NCBI RefSeq assembly: GCF_000142905.1
Contig: NW_013657660.1
Coordinates: 272,056-336,055, forward strand
Source of the DNA: Thecamonas trahens ATCC 50062
Lineage: Eukaryota; Protista; Apusomonadida
Direction of reading: 5' to 3'
Length of the DNA: 64,000 bases
Made by a program: the position numbers and the translations under genes
In this document: one piece after another, positions 21,355 through 31,934 of the stretch
How positions within the stretch are numbered: the first letter of the stretch is position 1
Layout of the letters: each line of letters starts with the position of its first letter
Notes under the pieces: model-generated
The model's database searches: none
What the model saw: only the letters and a program-made list of their open reading frames with translations
Told to the model about the DNA's origin: nothing

Positions 21355-22365
21355 CTACCGATCCCGGAACGACGGCATCGACCACTGCGCAGCCTTGACG
21401 GGATCCTCTGCGAACCAGTCGGCGCTCACCACGTCGCTCGCGGTCAGCCGCGCCGCAGGGTCGTAGGTGAGCATGCTGCTGATCAGCCGGCGGCCAGCGA
21501 GCGAGGTTCCGTCGGGCAGCCGATCGTCGAGGTACGAGTCGCGCTGCGCCGGGAGCACATACTTGCTCCCGCCGGGCAGGAGCGAAAAGCCCGGCCAAAC
21601 CGCATCCGACGGCGCGCCCAGCAGCAGGCACATCTTCTGGACGTACGCGGTCTCCGAGTCTGCGCGGAGCAGCGGCTCACCGGTGAGGAGCTCGACAGTG
21701 ACAGCGCCAGCCGACCACACGTCAACAGCCGTGTTGTACGCCGCCTCGCCAAAGATCAGCTCGGGCGCGCGGTACCAGAGCGTGACCACCGTCGGAGTGA
21801 GCACCGCTGGCGGCGGATCGCCAAACGGCCGGACGAGGCCAAAGTCGGCAATGACCAGCCGCCCGTCAGCCGAGTACAGCAGGTTGGCTGGCTTGATGTC
21901 GCGATGGATGAGCCACGAGGCGTGAAGAAAGGCAAGGCCCGAGAAGAGTTGCCAGACAAGCAGCTTGGCCTGTGCACTGGTGAACGCGCCGGCGCCGTGG
22001 GCGTCGAGGATGACCTTGAGATCCAGCGGATGATGCTCGAGGACCATGTACACCTCGTCCATGGTCTCGCCGACCACCACCTCGAGCAGGCGGACCACAT
22101 GCGGCGATTCAAGCGAGCGAAGGGCAGCAAGTTCCCGCAGAGCAGTGACGGGAAAGCCTTCCTCCACATTCCCCAGCTTGAGCTTCTTCAAGGCCACAGG
22201 TGCCGCGTCGGCCTTGTCCTTGCGGACAGCCTTGAAGACCAAGCCATACTGACCCTCAGCAATGGTTGAGACCTTCCGATACAGATCCTTCAGCAGTCGA
22301 GCCCTCTTTGACTTGCGCAGTGTGGGCGGTGGTGTCGATGCCTCCCGTTTACGAGTGTCAGCCAT
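21355..22365 (-). CDS. CDK11: Cyclin-dependent kinase, CDK10/CDK11 (PITSLRE) class
   Basis: EGQYGLVF, VALKKLK, EGFPVTALRE, EVVVGETMDEVYMVLE, HRDIKPANLL, DFG, TPTVVTLWYRAPEL. Confidence 0.85.
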   Translation of the reverse strand: MADTRKREASTPPPTLRKSKRARLLKDLYRKVSTIAEGQYGLVFKAVRKDKADAAPVALKKLKLGNVEEGFPVTALRELAALRSLESPHVVRLLEVVVGETMDEVYMVLEHHPLDLKVILDAHGAGAFTSAQAKLLVWQLFSGLAFLHASWLIHRDIKPANLLYSADGRLVIADFGLVRPFGDPPPAVLTPTVVTLWYRAPELIFGEAAYNTAVDVWSAGAVTVELLTGEPLLRADSETAYVQKMCLLLGAPSDAVWPGFSLLPGGSKYVLPAQRDSYLDDRLPDGTSLAGRRLISSMLTYDPAARLTASDVVSADWFAEDPVKAAQWSMPSFRDR

Positions 22366-22623
22366 GGTGATGGGTGCGAGCGAGGGAGGGGGGGGAGGGG
22401 GAGGGGGGTGTCAAGGGACATTATTGGCATTGGCAGAGGCAGAGGCATCGGAGACATAGGCCATTTGGCCATTGGCCATTGGGGCATATCGTCAGTGAGG
22501 GAGTTAGTTGGGGAGGGGGGACGGGGGAGGGGGGGGGGGGGAGAGAGGGGACCACAGGCAAGGGGAGGGGGAGGGGGGATACACGACACACTTGACTTGT
22601 ACTTGTCTACAGTGTGTGTGGAG

Positions 22624-23468
22624 ATGGGCAAGCGGAGAGTGGATGATGCAGAGGACGTGATCGATGAGCGTGTGGCTAAGCGAGGGAAGCCGCTGGGTGA
22701 GGGGGAGGATGGTAGGATGATGGGGGGGGAGGAGGCGGTGACGGGCAAGGACAAGTCCAAGGACAAGTCCAAGGACAAGTCCAAGGCCAAGTCCAAGGGC
22801 AAGGATAAGGCCAAGTCCAAGGACAAGGCCAAGGCCAAGTCCAAGGACAAGGATAAGAGCAAGGACAAGAGCAAGACAATGACCTCGTCCATGGACGAGG
22901 GTGTGACAGAGGCGACAGAGGCCGTGGACATGGTGGTCGAGCCCGCCGAGAGCGACAAGGCCGTCATCAACAAGCTGACTGGAAATCCGATGCCTCGGGA
23001 CAAGGCCAAGAGCAAGAAGAAGGAAAAGGACGGTGGGGCCACTGCTGGCCGCAAGAAGCCGCGGTGGAAGAACTCGGATCAGACCACCGTCTTTGTGGCC
23101 AATCTGTCGTTTAATGCCATCGAACCCAAGGTCCGCAAGCTGTTCGAGGACATCGGTAAGGTCGCCGACGTGCGCTTTGTCAAGGAGAAGGAGACCGGCG
23201 CGTTCCGCGGCCTCGCCTTTGTCGAGTTTTTCACCGCAGACGCCGCCCGCATCGCCGTCGGCCGCTCCGGTGAGCTGAAATACGCCGGCAAGCAACTGCG
23301 CATCGAGCACAGCCAGACCCGGCTTCAGATCCCGCGGGCACAGCTTGAAGCAGCGTACGACGCCGCCACCGGCGAGCTCGACACCACCGCTCTCCCGCGC
23401 TTCCTGCGCCGCGCCATCAAGCGCGGCGAGATGACCACCGACGAGCTACTCATCCGACTCGGCCTCCG

Positions 23469-23505
<37 letters not shown>

Positions 23506-24138
23506 GCGTCCGACAATGGCGACAAGCGCAGAAGCAAGGCCAAGGGCGGCGACAACGACGATGACGCCACCAGCGACAACGACAATGCCGAGGCTGAGCC
23601 CGCCGAGCCGGCTCCGCCGCCGGCCGATCTCTACGCCGTCCACGTCCACAACCTCTCGTACGACACCACCCAGGCGGATCTAGCCAAGCTCTTCGCCAAG
23701 TACGGCACCGTGGTCTCGGTCACTGTCCACACGGGGGTCAACGGCGCGCCCACTGGCCGCGCCACCGTGCTCTACTTCTCCGGCTCGGGCGTCCGTGCCT
23801 CGGTCGTCAACGCGGCCGGCCTTGTGGTCAACGAGCGCCACATCCACGTCGCCCCGGCCCATGAGCAGGTCATGAAGGGCACAACGTACGGCAAGGCCCT
23901 GCGTACCAAGCAGCGCGCCGCCGAGCTCGCCGCCGAGCTCGCCGCCAAGACCAGGCGCTCCAAGGGAGCAAGCAGCCGTGGCCGCCGTGGCCGCGGTCGC
24001 GGCGGCCGTGGTCGCGGTCGCGGCGGCCGCGGCCGTGGCCGTGGCCGTGGCCGTGCCTCTGCAGGTCCGTCGCGCGGCTCGCCGGCCATCCGCGGCGGCA
24101 AGTTCTTTGCCTCGTGGACCGCCACCGCTGACTCGTGA
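22624..24138 (+). CDS. Nucleolar-type RNA-binding protein: Lys-rich tract, two RRMs, RGG box
   Basis: RRM1 TVFVANLSF...FRGLAFVEF; RRM2 VHVHNLSY...GRATVLY; C-terminal (GR/RGG)n. Confidence 0.85.
22745..22876 (+). repeat. Coding AAG-NNN hexamer array encoding (KD/KS/KA)n
   Basis: aaggacaagtcc repeats read directly. Confidence 0.9.
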
Positions 24139-24234
24139 ACAGCCCAGTCCCCCTGATCATGTGATGAATCCCATGCCATCACTTGCCGTCCCAACATCAA
24201 TGTGCTTGTCCGCAGTGCCAATGAAACTCGCGCA

Positions 24235-24648
24235 TCAACCCGACGACCCAGCAATGACACTGATTCGGTCAGTCCCGCCCTTGGCTTTCCCCTTGCCCTT
24301 GCCCTTGCCCTTGCCCTTGCCCTTGCCCTTGCCCTTGCCCTTGCCCTTGCCCTTGCTGTGCGCCGCCGCCCGCCTCAGCCGCGCGATGCGGACGCTTTCA
24401 TCGTCGACTCGAGGCACGACGCGCGAGGTACGGATCATTCTCCCCGAGCCCGGATCGACGCGGATGGCAGCCAGCTCCCGGAGCGAGCGGAGTGACTCAC
24501 GCGACGGCGGCGGCGAGGAGCGGCCCAGCTCGCGACCATCGTCGTCCACCGATGACGGCTCCAGCACCAGCACCACAAAGCCAACCACCACCGCCACCAG
24601 CAAGATCAGCACCTTGCACCCCGCAACCACAAGCTCGCCGACCTCCAT
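24235..24648 (-). CDS. Possible small single-pass membrane protein with (KG)n tail
   Basis: ATG ORF with hydrophobic segment VLILLVAVVVGFVVLVL and a (CCTTGC)n-derived KG repeat; no recognisable domain. Confidence 0.4.
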   Translation of the reverse strand: MEVGELVVAGCKVLILLVAVVVGFVVLVLEPSSVDDDGRELGRSSPPPSRESLRSLRELAAIRVDPGSGRMIRTSRVVPRVDDESVRIARLRRAAAHSKGKGKGKGKGKGKGKGKGKGKGKAKGGTDRISVIAGSSG

Positions 24649-24777
24649 GACCGTCCGCTCTCCACACACAGCGACAAGTGCCCACTCCTCGCGGCAACGA
24701 CTGCGGTGCCAAGCTCCGGTACAGCAAGCCGAGCACCGAGCACCTCACTCGAGCAAAGACGGCACCAACAGGGAGAC

Positions 24778-26532
24778 ATGGCAGCCATCGTGGCGGGCGC
24801 CGACTCGCGGAATCAAGAAAGGGAGCGTGTGCCCGTTTTGCTCTGGCCAGAGTGGAGCAGTAGCCTGGGGGAAGCCATCGAGGTCGAGCTTGGCCGTCCT
24901 GCTGGCGGCAGCGGCGGCGGCGAGTCGACTGCCACTGCTGCTGGCTTCATGAACTCGATCCTGGCTCCGGCCCTTAAGGCTACCGATCCACTGTTTTCGG
25001 TGGACAACGTCCGCCTGGCCCATGCCCCAGCAGTGGCACGGGCTCGCGAGACATGGGATGTGACGCGCATGACTCTTCTGCGTCCAGAAGACAGCTGGGT
25101 CGTGCCGGGCGACGGCGCGAATGGCAACATCGCGCTTGTCCTCGTCCCCTCCCCGCAGCTCTACCTCGACTCGGCCGGCGGCATCGCCTTTCCAGATCCG
25201 ATCCAGCGCCCACGATTGGCCGAGCTTCTCGCTTGGGCCCAGAACCTGACCATCAAGGACGTTGTCGATGACCCACGGCTGAGTCTGCCTGCGCTCGGCG
25301 CCGATCTGCCGTCGGCGTCGCGGCTGGCGAGCGAGTTTGGCGTGGGGACCGACAATGGCGGTAGCTTTGAGAGCATCGACGCGCTGCAGACTGCTGTTGA
25401 GGCTCAGCTCTCCCGTCCGCGCCGCCGGCTGTTCAACGAGCTTGCTTTTGGCGCGTACGGTCTCGCGCCGTGGCTCGAACTCCTCGGCGTCGCGCCAGGC
25501 GACGACGACGACGCCGCCGTGGACACCGCCGCAGATACCAGCGATGCCAAGCCTGGTCCGTCCAGCGATGCAGCGTCGGGCTTCGCCAAGTTCAAGGCTG
25601 TGACTGCCGCGGTGTGGACGCTTGTGTACCACCCGTCTAAGAGCTCGGTCTACGCCGGCGGCGGCCCGTTTGAGCTCTCGCTCCGGCTCGGCGGTCAGTA
25701 TCCGCTCTCGTTGCCGTCGCTCCACGTCGAGACGCCGCACATGGTGCACTTGCATGTGGTCGACTCACTCTCGGCGGTCCACCCCAACGCTCCGGCGCGG
25801 CGCGGGCGAATTGATCTCGAGCGGCTGCGCCCGGCGCAGTGGAGCCCGACCGCGTCGCTCATCGAGGTCTTTACCACTGTGGTTGAGCTGTTTGAGGGCG
25901 AGCACACCGGACCCGACGAGTTGCTTGCGCGCACTCCGTTTGCCATCTCGCACGATGCTCGCCTCGGCGAGCTCTATCGCACCGACAGGGCCGGCTATCA
26001 TCAGGCAGCCGCAGCCTCGGGCGCGGTCGCGGATCCGGCACTCGGTGGCGCGCGCAGCCCCGGATCCCTTGTTGACCCGCCAGCCTGCGCCGCAGTCGCC
26101 ACAGCCTGCAAGCTCGCCGGCAACGCGGCTTTGGGCCGGGGCGAGCTGGCGACTTCCCGTGCGCTCTACGCCCGCGGCCGCGCATGGTGCCGGCAAAACC
26201 GCAGCGAGCCTGAGCTGGCCGAACTCTACCTCGCACTCGAGCTCAACGACTCGCTGGCGGCGATCCGCGACGGCGACGCACGGGCGGCGCTGGCTTCCGC
26301 CAACGCCGCTCTCGCCGCGGCACCCTTATCGACCAAGGCTCTCTACCGTCGCGCCAAGGCGCACGCTGCGCTGGGCGACGACGAGCTGGCCATTGCAGAC
26401 CTGGAGCGCGCAGTGGCGCTCGCGCCGAACGACGCTGCTCTGGCCCGCGAGTTGGCCAGAGCTCGCAAAGCCAAGGCCCGCGCCAAGGCCGAGCAGGCTG
26501 CGCTCTACCGACGAGCGCTGGGCGGAAGCTGA
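24778..26532 (+). CDS. Protein with Cys-less UBC-fold (UEV-like) domain and C-terminal TPR domain
   Basis: SVYAGGGPFELSL..QYPLSLP..GRIDLERLRPAQWSPTASL (E2 consensus GxICL has Asp instead of Cys); TPRs KLAGNAAL.., KALYRRAKAH.., AIADLERAVALAPND. Confidence 0.7.
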   Translation: MAAIVAGADSRNQERERVPVLLWPEWSSSLGEAIEVELGRPAGGSGGGESTATAAGFMNSILAPALKATDPLFSVDNVRLAHAPAVARARETWDVTRMTLLRPEDSWVVPGDGANGNIALVLVPSPQLYLDSAGGIAFPDPIQRPRLAELLAWAQNLTIKDVVDDPRLSLPALGADLPSASRLASEFGVGTDNGGSFESIDALQTAVEAQLSRPRRRLFNELAFGAYGLAPWLELLGVAPGDDDDAAVDTAADTSDAKPGPSSDAASGFAKFKAVTAAVWTLVYHPSKSSVYAGGGPFELSLRLGGQYPLSLPSLHVETPHMVHLHVVDSLSAVHPNAPARRGRIDLERLRPAQWSPTASLIEVFTTVVELFEGEHTGPDELLARTPFAISHDARLGELYRTDRAGYHQAAAASGAVADPALGGARSPGSLVDPPACAAVATACKLAGNAALGRGELATSRALYARGRAWCRQNRSEPELAELYLALELNDSLAAIRDGDARAALASANAALAAAPLSTKALYRRAKAHAALGDDELAIADLERAVALAPNDAALARELARARKAKARAKAEQAALYRRALGGS

Positions 26533-26566
26533 CCCACTCCATAGCCCTGTGTGGACTCGCGTGAAG

Positions 26567-27715
26567 TCACTGGTGGGTAAAGAGAACCGCCGGAATGTAG
26601 GCGACCGAGACCTTGGGATCGGCAAGCAGGCGGGCAAAGAGCCGCGAGTCGGCGTCAAACATGCCCTTGGGCTCGGTGATGAGGTCAGCGACGACAAAGT
26701 TGGGCTCGTCCGGATTGAGCAGGCGAGTGGAGATGACAGCGGCACCAAGATCGATGGCGCCGTCCGTCCGCAGCTTGTGGCCGACGTGATGGGTGGTAAA
26801 GTCGACATGGACAAAGTCGATGCCACTGTTGAGATGCGGGAGAATGGCCGGCACAAAGTCGGCCGAGTAGAGGTTGTCGCCGTTGGTGATGAGCACATAG
26901 TCGCACGCCGCACGCCCCGGTAACATCGGCGAGCGCAGGTTCAGTACCCGCGCCAGCTCGGCCTCGGTCCGCAGGTAGCCGACCGGCGAGCCGTACCCGC
27001 GCCGTGACGCTCCGAGGCAGGCAAAGCCCGAGGCCTCGAACGAGACATCGTTGTTAGCTGGTGCCACCACAACCCTGCAGTCGTCGACCTCGGCCGCAAG
27101 CTCATCCAGATACTGCGGATTCTCTAGCGGGCCGGGAACAGTGGCCTCGGCGAGAAATATGGTCATGTTGGCGTAGCGCGAGGCAAAGAGCGAGTGCAGC
27201 AGCGCTGGGATCTGTCCACGCTTCGGCTCGTACGTGCGGACGACGACGCAGAGCTCCGGGCCTGTGGTGAGGCTGGTGCGGTCGAGGGTCTGGCGGCCAT
27301 CCGGTGCGTGCATAACACACTCGGCCTTGCGGCGTGTCCCGCCGAGGCGCGCCAGCTTGCGGGCCGTCTCCAGACCGAGTCCGGCGTACAAGATGTCTGC
27401 GGCGATGCGCCCGTTCGGCGTCTCGGCCATGCCGCGCGCGCGGTACTCGGCGAGCTCATCGGAAACCTGCACAAACTTGGCCTGGTACTTGCGGCTGCAC
27501 CCATTGTCGGCGCCGGGAGCCTTTCGCTCCGGTCCACGGCCATAGATGGCGCCAAGAGAAGCCCTCCGCCCAGCCGCCACCGCCGAAGACGCCGCCACCG
27601 CCGAGGTGTAGCCCACTCCTTGAGCCGAGCCCCACTCTCCCACCACCCACCACCCGCCCACAAGCAGCAAAGCTGCCATAACCACAATCGCCTGTCGCCG
27701 TTGCTGTGCCACCAT
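26567..27715 (-). CDS. Type II membrane glycosyltransferase, GT-A fold (GT2-like)
   Basis: N-terminal signal anchor; LCVVVRTY; DxD-like YVLITNGDNLY; IDLGAAVIS; FDADSRLF. Confidence 0.7.
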   Translation of the reverse strand: MVAQQRRQAIVVMAALLLVGGWWVVGEWGSAQGVGYTSAVAASSAVAAGRRASLGAIYGRGPERKAPGADNGCSRKYQAKFVQVSDELAEYRARGMAETPNGRIAADILYAGLGLETARKLARLGGTRRKAECVMHAPDGRQTLDRTSLTTGPELCVVVRTYEPKRGQIPALLHSLFASRYANMTIFLAEATVPGPLENPQYLDELAAEVDDCRVVVAPANNDVSFEASGFACLGASRRGYGSPVGYLRTEAELARVLNLRSPMLPGRAACDYVLITNGDNLYSADFVPAILPHLNSGIDFVHVDFTTHHVGHKLRTDGAIDLGAAVISTRLLNPDEPNFVVADLITEPKGMFDADSRLFARLLADPKVSVAYIPAVLFTHQ

Positions 27716-27909
27716 CCCCGCGCGCGGCAGCAAGGTCGACTCGCGTGTGCCGAGTTGCGTGAGGTGGCGACTCCGTGTTGGATCGAGCAGTCGGTCGGCC
27801 GGCGTGCGGCAGACGGGGACATTCGCGAAAGGGTGACGGGGGAGACCGGAGCAGACCAAGGGCGCCACACTGCACTGCGCAAGAAGAACAACAGAAACAC
27901 ACATACATC

Positions 27910-28697
27910 ATGCGGGGACTTGTTGAGCCGTACTACTCGGACAAGTACAACGACGACATTTACGAGTACCGGTACGTGCTCTTCAAGCGTGTCCATACCG
28001 ATGAACGGCACCATGCCCAGCCCCTGCTTGCCCTCCACCTTGAGCAGGTGGCCTCAGCCGGCTTGGCGCCCACTTGCCAAATTTTGAACTTTTTTCGCCC
28101 ACCTGGAAACTCACCCGCTCGCTCCTTGCTGGTTCCCCCCTCTCTGACCACAGTCACGTCATCCTTCCGCAGGACTGGGTCTCACGCGTTCCGAAGGACC
28201 GCCTCATGTCCGAGTCTGAGTGGCGCAAGATTGGCGTCCAGCAGTCGCGAGGTACGTCATGCCCCTGCCCCTGCCGTGTCGTGTCGCCTTCCCAAAACGC
28301 CAAAGTTTGTGATCGCAAACTTGGTGCCATAATTACCACACGGCGCCATTCTCGGAGTGGCGACACGGCATGGCGACCTGGGAGCCCTACCCCCTCCCCC
28401 TCTACCCCCTTCCCTCCTCACGCACACATTACTTACTCACATGACTACGACAATGGGGGACTGGTATGCCTGTACTGGTGACGACGATAGGATGGGTTCA
28501 CTACGAGATTCACAACCCCGAGCCGGTACGCGCACTTTCTTTCGCGCACTTTCCCCCCTCCTCCCCCCGCCCTCCCCCCCCTCCCCGTCCCTCTCTCCCC
28601 TTCCACTCCCTCGCCCCTCCCTCCCCGCGCATACTCACCCGATCTTCCATCTTCGACCCAACAGCACATCCTGCTCTTCCGTCGCGCTCTCGCCTGA
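27910..28697 (+). CDS. CKS1: Cyclin-dependent kinase regulatory subunit; exons 27910-27971, 28154-28251, 28491-28525, 28665-28697
   Basis: Spliced product [54 protein letters not shown]; all introns GTACGY..AG. Confidence 0.96.
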
Positions 28698-28802
28698 GCA
28701 TGTCCTTGTAAACTCGAACTCTCCCCTGGCACCACCACCATGTGGGCAAGCTCGCTTGGCAGGTTGACTATGGTAGACGATTCTCGCGAGCATGTCATTG
28801 CG

Positions 28803-30794
28803 CTATGTGGTTGGTTGGGTAGCCTCTGGCTCTGCGATTAGATTGTGGGTGCACGGGGTGCGATGCCGCGTGGGCGAACGGGGCGGGCAGAAGTGCCTGT
28901 GGAGGGCTTGGAGGGCATGGGCGGCGGGCCGGCGGCTGGCGGCGGCGGGGCGACAACGAGGCGANNNNNNNNNNNNNNNNNNNNNNNNNNNNNNNNNNNN
29001 NNNNNNNNNNNNNNNNNNNNNNNNNNNNNNNNNNNNNNNNNNNNNNNNNNNNNNNNNNNNNNNNNNNNNNNNNNNNNNNNNNNNNNNNNNNNNNNNNNNN
29101 NNNNNNNNNNNNNNNNNNNNNNNNNNNNNNNNNNNNNNNNNNNNNNNNNNNNNNNNNNNNNNNNNNNNNNNNNNNNNNNNNNNNNNNNNNNNNNNNNNNN
29201 NNNNNNNNNNNNNNNNNNNNNNNNNNNNNNNNNNNNNNNNNNNNNNNNNNNNNNNNNNNNNNNNNNNNNNNNNNNNNNNNNNNNNNNNNNNNNNNNNNNN
29301 NNNNNNNNNNNNNNNNNNNNNNNNNNNNNNNNNNNNNNNNNNNNNNNNNNNNNNNNNNNNNNNNNNNNNNNNNNNNNNNNNNNNNNNNNNNNNNNNNNNN
29401 NNNNNNNNNNNNNNNNNNNNNNNNNNNNNNNNNNNNNNNNNNNNNNNNNNNNNNNNNNNNNNNNNNNNNNNNNNNNNNNNNNNNNNNNNNNNNNNNNNNN
29501 NNNNNNNNNNNNNNNNNNNNNNNNNNNNNNNNNNNNNNNNNNNNNNNNNNNNNNNNNNNNNNNNNNNNNNNNNNNNNNNNNNNNNNNNNNNNNNNNNNNN
29601 NNNNNNNNNNNNNNNNNNNNNNNNNNNNNNNNNNNNNNNNNNNNNNNNNNNNNNNNNNNNNNNNNNNNNNNNNNNNNNNNNNNNNNNNNNNNNNNNNNNN
29701 NNNNNNNNNNNNNNNNNNNNNNNNNNNNNNNNNNNNNNNNNNNNNNNCTGGGCCGGGGCAGGAGCGCGGGTGGCGAGTGGCGGCGGCGGAGCGGCGACGC
29801 GGGGTGGAAGTGGTGGGGCGGGAGAGGCAGCCGGCGGCGGGAGAGGAGGCGACTCGTTGACCGACATGCGTGCGGTGTTGGAGACGAGGGCGTCGAGATC
29901 AAAGTCATCGTCGTCATCAGATTCGTCGTCGAGGTAGTCGACGCCAGCAGTGGCGTGATCCGACGAGTAGCTCGGGGACGGGGCGGACGCCGACGCCGCC
30001 GAATACTTTGTAGACGAGGGGCAGAACTTGAGGGTTATGAGCTCGGTCACAAACTGGGCTACAAAACCGGTGTTGCGGACCTCTGTGCCGAGATCAGTGG
30101 TGCGGAGAATGTTGGGCCCGATAACAAGAGCAATGTTGGACGGAGTCATGAGATTGTCGTCCGAGTGCTGCGAGACTTTGCGGAAGAAGGAGAGAAGATA
30201 CTTGAGGGTGGTGCGGGCGAGCGGGTCGAGCGACTGCATGAGCTCGCGGACGGCGTCGCGCTTGGCGTCCGGGTCGTTGACAGTCCGCTGCATGTCGATA
30301 CAGACCGGGTAGAGCTCGTACGGGATGAGCGGGGTAGGCAGCTCGCGGAGGTAGTCCTTGAGCGTCTTGGCCATGGTATGCTCGTCGCGGATCGAGTCGA
30401 GGTTGACCATGCCGTTGGTCTCATACGCCTTGCGGATGACCTTGGCCTCTGCAAAGTCACCAGCCTTGCGGAAGAGGCCCGGGAGCTTGATGCACGACTC
30501 GCGCGAGAGGAACTGTACCGTCTGCTTGATAATCGGCGGCACGTTGTCCTTGTAGCCCTTGGACCGCGCCCACGCCATGTGGTCCTTCATCTCCACCCCA
30601 AAGGTGCAACCCCTAGTTGCCGCCACCGCCCCTGCAGCCTTGCCACCTCCGGACGATGACCGGCCCTACACACTCCACATGAGGGGGGAGGGGAGGAAGG
30701 GGAGGGTGAGGGTGTGTGGAGAGGGAGGAAGGAGGGGAAGGGGGAGGAGGGGGGGGGCCGTGCGTACCTTCTTCGACTTGCGCCCAAACACCAT
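28803..30794 (-). CDS. RhoGAP protein with Pro-rich C-terminus; exon 1 30794-30768, intron to 30666; 3' part interrupted by gap
   Basis: TFGV, VPPII, GLFRKAG (Arg finger), LKDYLRELPTPLIP, NLMTPSNIALVIGPNIL; 3' end uncertain. Confidence 0.85.
28965..29747. other. Assembly gap (N run)
   Basis: Run of n. Confidence 1.
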
Positions 30795-31246
30795 TTCGGG
30801 CGTGGCCGGCGACGCGTGTTACCGCCAACGAATCGAACGTTGGAACAAGAGGGGGTGGAGGGGGCGGGGGGGGGGGGGGTGATGAGAATTGAGGGGTGAT
30901 GTAGATGGGAAAAAGATGGGGAATGGGGATGGGGGAAGGAGAGTGGGTCTTGGTGTGTATGTGTCTACGTCTGTACGTGGTGGGAGTGAGGGGAGGTTAT
31001 GAATGAGGGTGGATGGGGAGCTGTGACTCGGTGGCCACGTGGTCTTGTCGTGGCCCAGCAGGGGCGGCGGGGCGGGTGGTGTGGGCAGGGCAGGGCGGGG
31101 CGGAGCCGGCGGCATTGGCCGGACGATCGCAATGTGAGTGGCGAGAGTGACCGGGGACAGGATGGAGGGGAGAAGGTGGAGGAGGCAGATGCAGTGGGCG
31201 GCACACCCAACTCGAGTGCGGCAGACTAGAGCAAGCGAGTAGGAGG

Positions 31247-31894
31247 ATGGCCATTGCACCGCGGGCGTCGCTGGTGCAGCTGGCGCGGCTGACGCTGCGG
31301 TTTTGTGGAGCGTCGGGCTCGTCATCACAAGCTCGGTACGCGGCGTGGAGGAGGGGCGGGTCGGGGCGCGGTAGCGGGGCGGGGCGGGCCAGGGAGGGAC
31401 ACGGCAGGGAGCGAGGACTTATAGAGCACTTGGCGGACAGGGTGTATGTGGAGAAGAACAAGCTGGAGGAGTTGGCGGCCAAGTACGACGCGGCGTTTGT
31501 GGCGGCGGCGGCCGAGGCGCCGGGCAAGCACCCGCACGCCGAGGCCGAGTACGCCAACGGGACGACGCAAGTCGTGCCGCTGCGCAAGCTGAGCGTGGAG
31601 CAGATTGATGCGCAGCTCGATGCGCTCGCGCAGCGCCGTGGGCGCAAGATGAGCAGCGTGACCAAGATCAACCGGGTGGTGGGCAACGTGAGCCAAGGCG
31701 TGCCCGATGCCAAGGCGCTGCCTGTGGGCGTGGCGCAGCGGACCCAGGGCTCGGTCCAGGGTGTGTGGGGTGGCCTGGGAAAGGTGCGTCCACTGCGGGC
31801 GTCGAAGGAGGGCCGCACTCCGCGGAAGAGCCCGACTCTCTCGCGCAAGCACATCGTCGCCGCTCGCGACATGGCCGCCGAGTCCAAGCCGTAA
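31247..31894 (+). CDS. MRPL43: Mitochondrial ribosomal protein mL43 (L51/S25/CI-B8 domain); in-frame intron 31336-31440
   Basis: LARLTLRFCGASGSS..R, PGKHPHAEAEYANG, GRK, SVQGVW; G-rich GTACGC..ACAG intron of 105 nt. Confidence 0.8.
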   Translation: MAIAPRASLVQLARLTLRFCGASGSSSQARYAAWRRGGSGRGSGAGRAREGHGRERGLIEHLADRVYVEKNKLEELAAKYDAAFVAAAAEAPGKHPHAEAEYANGTTQVVPLRKLSVEQIDAQLDALAQRRGRKMSSVTKINRVVGNVSQGVPDAKALPVGVAQRTQGSVQGVWGGLGKVRPLRASKEGRTPRKSPTLSRKHIVAARDMAAESKP

Positions 31895-31934
31895 AAGCAC
31901 TTTGCAAGCTGCAGGCCATAGCGGGCGACTTCAA

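Noticed and set aside
28803-30659. ORFs spanning N-runs (X-containing translations)
   Set aside because: Frame continuity across gaps cannot be established
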